Virus record (IMG/VR): IMGVR_UViG_3300037485_001606 | Coordinates: 1 to 62,241 of that record | Length of the DNA stretch: 62,241 nt | Strand: one strand, 5' to 3' | Source: a virus | Lineage: Duplodnaviria; Caudoviricetes | Part shown: in pieces, positions 56,281 to 62,241 of the stretch | Layout: every line of letters begins with the position of its first letter | Position numbering within the stretch: position 1 is the stretch's first letter | Made by a program: the position numbers and the translations under genes | The notes under the pieces: model-generated | The model's database searches: none | Told to the model about the DNA's origin: nothing | What the model saw: only the letters and a program-made list of their open reading frames with translations

Positions 56281-56580
56281 GCGCAAAGTGGTTGATTTTG
56301 TAGGGGTTTACCCTAAAGAGAGGGCGGTTTTGTAAGTTACGAGTAAGGCTATATATACTTTCTCCAGAAAAAAAGAAATTTTAAAAAAAAAAAACCATTT
56401 GGGCGTAATAGACGTAATAGACGTGAGAGTTACTGTTTATGCGGGTTGTGAGTACGACAGTACATCACAGTAGTGAATTAGGAGTAATGTTTTTTGACAA
56501 TTATCAGGGGAGCTCCGCGAGATACTTTTTGAAAAAACTTTTTCTTTTTTTAGTAGAAAAAAGTCTATAGAGGGGATTGC
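56281..56580. other. AT-rich non-coding region between divergent blocks; candidate replication origin
   Basis: Long A and T tracts, CGTAATAGA tandem repeat, no convincing ORF. Confidence 0.4.
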
Positions 56581-56638
56581 ATTGCTCTGGCCTAACACCC
56601 CTGTTACACTAGGTTCAACCGAGTACAGGACCGCACAC

Positions 56639-56854
56639 ATGTTTCAAATTGATTCCAATATCGCCATGCCGATGGGCAGGACGAAGTACCCGTTCAGCGA
56701 CATGCTGCCCGGCGATTCGATTCTGTTTGTCAACGCAAGGCAGGCCAACAGCGCTCGGGTATCCGCGCTGCGCTTCGTGCGCTCGCATGCCCCTGACTGG
56801 CATTTTCAATTGCGCCGGGTAGAGAACGGCTGGCGACTGTGGAGGATTGCCTAA
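56639..56854 (+). CDS. Small putative DNA-binding protein (71 aa, MFQIDSN...)
   Basis: AGGA RBS; KYPFSDM.PGDS..GWRLWR. Confidence 0.7.
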   Translation: MFQIDSNIAMPMGRTKYPFSDMLPGDSILFVNARQANSARVSALRFVRSHAPDWHFQLRRVENGWRLWRIA

Positions 56855-57528
56855 TGGCTAAGCGTGACGTGTGGAACGTGCCCCCAATCATCGGGGATAA
56901 GGCCCAGAAACGCATGTCGGGCCAAGTGGCCCCCTTGCGTAAGCAAAAGGTCCTGAATGGCAAGGAATGGAAGTTCGTAACGGAGCTGGTGACCGGTGAT
57001 GGCCGGGTCACGCTGCGCGAGGCCGCTATCCGGGCGGGGTATAAGGCGACCAGTGCTTCGGTGATGGCTTGGAAACTGACAAACCCTGAGATCAACCCCC
57101 ACGTGGTGTCCGCGATTCAGGCATACCGCGCGGAGCTCAACAGCAAGTACAACACCTCGTACGAGCGGCACATGCAGGACCTGCAGAAAATACGCGACAA
57201 GGCGCTTGACGCTGGCGCATATGCTGCGGCCGTCCAAGCAGAGTATCGCCGCGGTCAGGCATTAGGCACAATCTATGTTGACCGTAAAGAGATTCGCCAC
57301 GGCACCATTGATTCAATGTCAAAAGAGGAAGTTCAGCGCAAGCTGGATGAACTACGCGCCTTGTACGGCGGGCCCCCTCCAACGGCATTGATCGACGCCA
57401 CCACTGGCCAAGTGATTGAAAGTATTGACCGTGAAATTGACCCCGCTTTTGTCTCTCCAGTGGCACAACCTCCCCTCGATATCTTTGAACGCGACAACGA
57501 CTTGGGACCCGACGATGTCAACGCCTGA
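56854..57528 (+). CDS. terS: Terminase small subunit
   Basis: KEWKFV..EAAIRAGY..A.KL HTH, AAVQAE..RG...IYVDRKEI; GGAGG RBS and TAATG coupling. Confidence 0.75.
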   Translation: MAKRDVWNVPPIIGDKAQKRMSGQVAPLRKQKVLNGKEWKFVTELVTGDGRVTLREAAIRAGYKATSASVMAWKLTNPEINPHVVSAIQAYRAELNSKYNTSYERHMQDLQKIRDKALDAGAYAAAVQAEYRRGQALGTIYVDRKEIRHGTIDSMSKEEVQRKLDELRALYGGPPPTALIDATTGQVIESIDREIDPAFVSPVAQPPLDIFERDNDLGPDDVNA

Positions 57529-57937
57529 GGCGGCATTTGCCGCGCGCGTGCGTGACGGCCTGCGTTTGCTTGGTGTTGATACGGAGCGAATCGAAAACCG
57601 CGTCAATTTGGGAATATCAGATTTGCTGGTAGGCGCGGGTGATCGTTTTGTTTCTGTAGAGCTTAAGGCCGTCACGCGCGGACTAAAAGTATCGCTTCGA
57701 CCGCATCAAATTGCGTTTTTGACTCGCCACGCCTTGCGCGGCCGCCCCTGTTACGTGCTGGTCCACCACGTAGGCGCTATTGTCCGGCCGGGTATGGTCA
57801 TGCTTTACCACGGCAATCAGGCGCTCGCGCTCGCGGAACAGGGACTGCGCCTTGCGCCTGTGGCGTCATGGCCGAGTAGGGGCATGCCATGGCAAGAGCT
57901 GGCCGATATATTCTCAGGGAAAACCCCGATAAAATAA
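57515..57937 (+). CDS. PD-(D/E)XK nuclease (VRR-NUC/Holliday junction resolvase-like)
   Basis: PE..F, RIEN, GISDL, VELK, LRPHQ. Confidence 0.8.
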   Translation: MSTPEAAFAARVRDGLRLLGVDTERIENRVNLGISDLLVGAGDRFVSVELKAVTRGLKVSLRPHQIAFLTRHALRGRPCYVLVHHVGAIVRPGMVMLYHGNQALALAEQGLRLAPVASWPSRGMPWQELADIFSGKTPIK

Positions 57938-57938
57938 G

Positions 57939-58010
57939 TTGCGGCGCTGTTAATTTACCACTACAATAGTGGCACTGGTTTAAACCAGCAACCTAGAAAG
58001 GATAGAGAAA
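57939..58010 (+). promoter_or_regulatory. Early cassette 1: promoter, palindrome, RBS
   Basis: TTGCGG-17 nt-TACAAT; CTGGTTTAAACCAG; CAACCTAGAAAGGATAG. Confidence 0.75.
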
Positions 58011-58712
58011 ATGTTAAAAACTGTAGCAGTAACCGCTAACCGTAAAACCGGACCTATCGCTGTCACTTATCGCAGTGGCACCCATGAAACCTATGGCACG
58101 TGTCCAACATCTTGTAAGCTTCACCCCAAAAGTGAAACCGGCACGACCTTAATTGACGTGGAATATATGGGCGCCGTGGCGGACGCGGTGCCCCGTAATG
58201 GCTTGGCTTGGACTTATTCCCACTTTGCCGCGGAAGCTTTACCGACACCTAGGCACGGAAAGACCGTTTTTAACGTATCTTGTGACACTATGGCGGAAGC
58301 AGTGCGGGCTATTGAGCTTGGCCGCCCTTCGGTTTTTGCAGCACCAAAAGAACTGGCCGGTTCTTTCCCGCTGGTGTTTCAGGGCACAAAATTTGTTCAA
58401 TGCCCTGCTGACTTGTCCGAATCGTTCACTTGCGCCCAGTGTGGTGGTGGCCGTCCACTATGCGCCCGTGGTGACCGCGATTACGTGGTGGTTTTTGTTG
58501 CTCATGGAACCGGTGCCAAGCGTGTAGGCTCGGAGCAGGGCGGCGGCTGTTATGCGGCCAGTGGTCCGACCGCGATTACGTGGCACAACACCAAAAAAAC
58601 CGGCCTAGATAATGATTCCGATGCCTTGCGTCGTTTTGCTCGCTCACTGCCGCCCGGCTCACTTCTACGCCATCATGTCGCTGGTGATATAGGGAAAGAG
58701 ACCAGAAAATGA
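58011..58712 (+). CDS. Cys-rich gp88-like protein, putative metal/Fe-S binding
   Basis: NRKTGPI, TCPTSC, WTYSH, CPA..TCAQC..LC, AHG, GCYA, RHHVAGD. Confidence 0.65.
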   Translation: MLKTVAVTANRKTGPIAVTYRSGTHETYGTCPTSCKLHPKSETGTTLIDVEYMGAVADAVPRNGLAWTYSHFAAEALPTPRHGKTVFNVSCDTMAEAVRAIELGRPSVFAAPKELAGSFPLVFQGTKFVQCPADLSESFTCAQCGGGRPLCARGDRDYVVVFVAHGTGAKRVGSEQGGGCYAASGPTAITWHNTKKTGLDNDSDALRRFARSLPPGSLLRHHVAGDIGKETRK

Positions 58713-58774
58713 TATTTTTGGCTTTGGGTGTTTTTCTTTTACTGTGGTGGCTAATTGATTTATTTGATAAATAA
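58709..58774 (+). CDS. Possible 21-aa membrane peptide (MIFLALGVFLLLWWLIDLFDK)
   Basis: ATGA coupling; single hydrophobic helix. Confidence 0.45.
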   Translation: MIFLALGVFLLLWWLIDLFDK

Positions 58775-58798
58775 ACAGCACCGCTATTTAAATTGGTA

Positions 58799-58847
58799 TA
58801 TAATTTATTCACCGGGATAAACCGGCAACCCTGAAAGGATAGAGAAA
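58799..58847 (+). promoter_or_regulatory. Early cassette 2
   Basis: TATAAT; CCGG-gataaa-CCGG; CAACCCTGAAAGGATAG. Confidence 0.7.
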
Positions 58848-59807
58848 ATGGCACATATGATTGACACCACCACCGGCACGGCCGCTATTGCTTACGCTGG
58901 CATAACCCCATGGCATGGCTTAGGCCAAGCGTTGACGCCGGACGCCTCAATCGAGACGTGGACACGCGAAGCCGGACTAAATTACACCGTGCAGGAATCA
59001 CCGGTATTGTTTCAAACCGATGCAGCTTCAGTGCCTGAGGAATTCAAGGGGCGAAAGGTCCTACACCGTAGCGACACTGGCGGAGCATTGGCCGTGGTAT
59101 CGGACGGGTACCGCGTAGTGCAGCCTTCGGACGTTATGGGGTTTTTTGGGAAACTGGTAGAGCTGGGCGGCTTTCAGATGGAAACTGCAGGCGTTCTAAG
59201 TCATGGCCGCCGGGTTTGGGCGCTGGCCAAGGTCAATCAGGGCGCGGACATTGTCGAAGGTGACACCGTCCGGCCTTATGTTTTGTTGGGCACATCCTAC
59301 GACGGCACCATGGCCACAGTGGCAAAATTTACCAGTGTGCGCGTGGTGTGCAATAACACCATAACGGCCGCCCTAGGCCGTGAAAACGCGGGAACTGTCC
59401 GCGTTTTACATTCCGAGCGATTCAACCCGGACGCCGTCCGTTTAGAGCTGGGCATTGTGGGCGATAGTTGGGAGCGTTTTTTGGTGCAATCTCGCCGCTT
59501 GTCCACCGTGGCCATGCCAAAAGCCGACGCGGACGCTTTTGTCACTGCGCTATTGACGCCTTACCATAGTTCAAAAATGGAGCTTAATGACACTCGGGGA
59601 TATCGGCGCATCATGGAGCTGTTTAATGGCCAAGCTATGGGCGCAAGCATTCCGGGTGTCGCCGGTACGCGCTGGGCTATGCTTAACGCGGTGACTGAAC
59701 TAGTGGACCATGAGCGCGGCCGGTCCGCAAATACCAGACTTGAGTCGGCATGGTTTGGAACTGGTGCCGCGCTGAAGAATAAGGCGCTTGAACTACTTAG
59801 TGCTTAA
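58848..59807 (+). CDS. DUF932 (phage/plasmid TIGR03299-like) protein
   Basis: MAH..PWHGLG, ETAGVL..GRRVW, SYDGT, RVVCNNT, GTRWAMLNAVTE..DH. Confidence 0.9.
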   Translation: MAHMIDTTTGTAAIAYAGITPWHGLGQALTPDASIETWTREAGLNYTVQESPVLFQTDAASVPEEFKGRKVLHRSDTGGALAVVSDGYRVVQPSDVMGFFGKLVELGGFQMETAGVLSHGRRVWALAKVNQGADIVEGDTVRPYVLLGTSYDGTMATVAKFTSVRVVCNNTITAALGRENAGTVRVLHSERFNPDAVRLELGIVGDSWERFLVQSRRLSTVAMPKADADAFVTALLTPYHSSKMELNDTRGYRRIMELFNGQAMGASIPGVAGTRWAMLNAVTELVDHERGRSANTRLESAWFGTGAALKNKALELLSA

Positions 59808-60087
59808 CTATCGGATAACGGGAACCGATAGGTAATGCCTATCGAGGGGGAACTATGCAAAAAATGCATATCCCGCCCGGTTATGTTCACATTAGTAAAC
59901 CAGCCCCGCGGTCCCTGTCGCTTGACGCCTTGGACGTGGTGCGTGGTGCGTGGTCCGCGGCCCGTGGGCCGCGCTGGGCGTGGCTTGCAGCGTTAGTGAC
60001 CACTAACTTATCGTGGCGCGTGGTCTACTATCGATGGCGGGCCATCGATAGTCAAAATCAATCGGGCCGTGCCGCGGCCCGATTGAT
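59808..60087. repeat. Palindrome cluster 1
   Basis: Inverted repeats at 59826-44, 59956-73, 59992-60007, 60027-52 and 60057-87; CGTGGTG direct repeats at 59935-54. Confidence 0.85.
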
Positions 60088-60142
60088 ATAATAGTGGCAC
60101 TGGTGCAGGGCCCTGCACCGGGCAACCTGAAAGGATAGAGAA
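60084..60142 (+). promoter_or_regulatory. Early cassette 3
   Basis: Extended -10 TGaTATAAT; perfect palindrome GGTGCAGGGCCCTGCACC; CAACCTGAAAGGATAG. Confidence 0.75.
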
Positions 60143-60346
60143 ATGAATACTGTTTCAATTGGTTTTTACCGCGAAGACGGGGATTTTGCCGTGCTCGCCG
60201 CCCTAAATAACAATGACGAACATCTGCCCGATGATGCTTTTTTGTCGCTTATCGGAATGCTGCACGCGAGCTACAAAGTGTTAATTGATTCGCCCGTGAT
60301 TGTTGTTGACCGTCAAGATATCCCCGATTACGTAACCATTGAATAG
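60143..60346 (+). CDS. Small early hypothetical protein (67 aa)
   Basis: Own promoter and RBS cassette. Confidence 0.75.
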   Translation: MNTVSIGFYREDGDFAVLAALNNNDEHLPDDAFLSLIGMLHASYKVLIDSPVIVVDRQDIPDYVTIE

Positions 60347-60433
60347 TTGACATGAGCCCACGGGCTCATGCTATAATAGTCTCACTGCTACCGGCCGGTA
60401 GCAGTCAACCCTTAGAAAGAATAGCATCATGAC
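60344..60433 (+). promoter_or_regulatory. Early cassette 4 (near-identical to 60776-60865)
   Basis: TTGACA-19 nt palindromic spacer-TATAAT; 22-bp palindrome 60384-60405; AGAAAGAATAG. Confidence 0.85.
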
Positions 60434-60773
60434 AATCGAAACAGCAACCCCTACCAGCGCAGAGACTTTGGCCGCATTATTTGACGCGATGATTGACGCC
60501 GTGGCGGTGCGCGTGATGGTGCAGGTTCAAGCCAAAATCGAGGGCCTAGGTGCCAGCATGGATGAGGAAAAGATTAATTTAGTAATCGACCAGAAAATTG
60601 CAGACTTCGCGTACAACGACTTCGAGACCAAAGTTAACGACTGGGCAGAAGGCAATCTACAACAACAATTTGATAAGAACGTATTGGTCAACGTGGGCGA
60701 TATGGACGGCATTCACGACGCGGTAGTTGAAGTAGTGAGTGACATGAGTTTTGAGATACGCGTGAGCCGATAA
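60429..60773 (+). CDS. Small acidic early protein (114 aa)
   Basis: Own cassette; helical and acidic. Confidence 0.75.
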   Translation: MTIETATPTSAETLAALFDAMIDAVAVRVMVQVQAKIEGLGASMDEEKINLVIDQKIADFAYNDFETKVNDWAEGNLQQQFDKNVLVNVGDMDGIHDAVVEVVSDMSFEIRVSR

Positions 60774-60775
60774 AG

Positions 60776-60865
60776 TAGTTGACATGAGCCCACGGGCTCA
60801 TGCTATAATAGTCCCACTGCTACTAACCGGTAGCAGTTAACCCTTAGAAAGAATAGCATCATGAC
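60776..60865 (+). promoter_or_regulatory. Early cassette 5 (90-bp direct repeat of cassette 4)
   Basis: TTGACA 60779-84, TATAAT 60804-09; same spacer palindrome; differences mainly in the hairpin loop. Confidence 0.85.
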
Positions 60866-61130
60866 CAAAATCATCACCATCGACAGCAACCGTTATGCCT
60901 TACCAGAAGGCATGAGCTCCAAGGACCTTCAGGCTCTGGCCGGGTTCCTCGTCACTCTAACCAGAGTAGAGTACGAATATTGCTACACCGATGACAGCGC
61001 ATACTTTGCAAGCAGTGGAGCTCAGGTCAGTATCGGAACCCAGGAGCTGGTAACCAAGGCAGAAGCCAAAGCCCAGTCCACTGCAGGACGCACAGCATAC
61101 GAGGCAAAGAAGGCAACCGAACAGGCGTGA
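60861..61130 (+). CDS. Small early hypothetical protein (89 aa)
   Basis: Own cassette. Confidence 0.75.
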   Translation: MTKIITIDSNRYALPEGMSSKDLQALAGFLVTLTRVEYEYCYTDDSAYFASSGAQVSIGTQELVTKAEAKAQSTAGRTAYEAKKATEQA

Positions 61131-61183
61131 TATAATAGCGGTACTGGTAGCATCCGCTACCAGTACAACCTAGAAAGAATAGC
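61128..61183 (+). promoter_or_regulatory. Early cassette 6
   Basis: TGA stop doubles as the extended -10 TGaTATAAT; GTACTGGTAGC-atcc-GCTACCAGTAC; AACCTAGAAAGAATAG. Confidence 0.75.
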
Positions 61184-61387
61184 ATGAACCCACTTCACTA
61201 TCAGGCCAAGGTACTGGCTTCCGCCCTCCGTCTTTATGCACGTACAGGCATGAAGGCCAACTCAGCATATACACCCAGCGCGATGCTGGCCACTGCTGGC
61301 CGAATCACCGGCCAAGTGTTTAAACGGGGTCAGCATCTGGTAGCGGCAGATGCTCTAGCCAACTGGGTACGCACCCAGCACGACTAG
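61184..61387 (+). CDS. Small early hypothetical protein (67 aa)
   Basis: Own cassette; ALRLYARTGMK..ITG..FKRG. Confidence 0.75.
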   Translation: MNPLHYQAKVLASALRLYARTGMKANSAYTPSAMLATAGRITGQVFKRGQHLVAADALANWVRTQHD

Positions 61388-61398
61388 GCGAAGACTAC

Positions 61399-61537
61399 TA
61401 GGGCCACGGCCCTATCACCCTATCCTTACATCACGCTGACTGCTAGGGCCCACGGGCCCTAGCACGGCTCCCTTACGCTAGGCTGACGGCCCCGTCAGCC
61501 TATACCCAGTAGCTGGTGACCGGTAAGCCGGTCACCA
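61399..61537. repeat. Palindrome cluster 2, upstream of terL
   Basis: Four perfect inverted repeats: 61399-61414, 61441-64, 61479-61502, 61514-37. Confidence 0.9.
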
Positions 61538-61736
61538 TTCCCCTATGCCTATACACAGAGGACATCTAAGACAGGGGGAGGGCCATAAACAGCCCAGTAG
61601 CAATAGAGTTCAGGCCTGCCCTGATTTTTGCCATGGAATTTGCCCAAGAAAACCTGATCTTGTTTTCTGGATAGGCCCCCTTGTTTGCAGAAACCGATTA
61701 CCCGGTTAATATTAAAAAAATTCAAAACGTGGACCT

Positions 61737-62241
61737 ATGTACAACACCCTGCCCAAAGATGCCGAAGAAGAGATGCTCCGGCTCCAGCTTCGCCTGCAAC
61801 TACTCGATGCCCATGAGAAGTCAACGACGCACTTCCTAGATTTCTGTCGGTACGTGTGGCCCGAGATGCTCGTTGGGGAACACCACAGGATCATCGCTAA
61901 AGCCTTGGACCGCGTAGTGAGCGGCGAGTGCAAGCGTCTGATGATTGCGATGCCTCCCCGTCATGGGAAATCCCAGATGGGCAGCTACCTGTTTCCTGCT
62001 TACATCATGGGCCGAAAACCCGATGCAAAGCTCATTGTCGGTTCGCATACCGCGGACCTCGCTCAGCGCTTCGGGCGCATGATTCGTAACCTTGTAGAGG
62101 ACGAGAAGTACAAAGAGCTCTTCCCCGGTATGACCCTGTCTGTGGACTCTAAGGCTGCTGGTCGGTGGAACACGGCCCAAGGCGGTGAAGCCTTCTTCAT
62201 TGGTAAGGGCGGCGCGATGACCGGGCGCGGCGGTAATATTG
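61737..62241 (+). CDS. terL: Terminase large subunit, N-terminal part (continues through the terminal overlap into 1-1098)
   Basis: Translated by hand: MYNTLPKD..FLDFCRYVWP..HHRII..RLMIAMPPRHGKS (Walker A)..SHTADLAQRFGR; open to the window end. Confidence 0.92.
   Translation, partial: MYNTLPKDAEEEMLRLQLRLQLLDAHEKSTTHFLDFCRYVWPEMLVGEHHRIIAKALDRVVSGECKRLMIAMPPRHGKSQMGSYLFPAYIMGRKPDAKLIVGSHTADLAQRFGRMIRNLVEDEKYKELFPGMTLSVDSKAAGRWNTAQGGEAFFIGKGGAMTGRGGNI
62115..62241. repeat. Terminal direct repeat, right copy
   Basis: Identical to 1-127. Confidence 0.95.

Noticed and set aside
42483-57937. Upstream starts given in the ORF track (44126, 44316, 51325, 52374, 53226, 54734, 55894, 56582, 56839, 57416)
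   Set aside because: They overlap neighbouring genes or promoters; downstream ATGs with an RBS or stop-start coupling fit better.
59855-60091. 78-aa ORF
   Set aside because: It runs through a palindrome cluster, has low-complexity Arg/Ala/Trp content and lacks the leader used by neighbouring genes.
57939-61537. CRISPR array or integron attC array
   Set aside because: The repeats are promoter/RBS units separated by whole genes of varying length; there is no constant spacer size, cas gene or integron integrase.

Overview
The window is an apparently complete, circularly assembled dsDNA tailed-phage genome of about 62,114 bp. Bases 1-127 are identical to 62115-62241, and the terminase large subunit reads across the join. 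Gene content points to a lytic, podovirus-like phage of the kind common in aquatic metagenomes; a proteobacterial host is inferred, not shown. Layout: (i) 1-41.7 kb, a + strand packaging and virion block with TerL, a lytic-transglycosylase multidomain protein, portal, GroES, scaffold, Mu-gpT-like major capsid, tail and fibre genes, a holin plus GH108 endolysin, and four large internal/ejection proteins; (ii) 41.7-50.9 kb, replication genes (PD-(D/E)XK exonuclease, SNF2 helicase, SSB-like protein, primase, UvrD-like helicase, family A DNA polymerase); (iii) 51-56.2 kb, small minus-strand genes; (iv) 56.6-61.7 kb, TerS, a nuclease and small early-type genes. I saw no integrase, RNA polymerase, reverse transcriptase, tRNA or CRISPR array. 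The best candidate for an undescribed system is an AT-richer island in the tail module (19.0-26.3 kb). There, two duplicated pairs of 7-repeat RCC1 beta-propeller genes flank a sulfotransferase-TPR-glycosyltransferase fusion and are followed by an APS kinase, suggesting a PAPS-dependent sulfation/glycosylation system for virion proteins. Also notable: a repeated promoter-hairpin-RBS cassette in front of each early gene, two copies of it with a palindromic 19-bp spacer; palindrome clusters with CACG loops; a double-pseudoknot RNA candidate after the capsid gene; a loop-E RNA candidate before the primase; a scaffold-tail motif reused in a non-structural protein; and a recurrent xAxGG peptide motif in virion proteins. 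All family assignments come from motif recognition by eye, not database searches.
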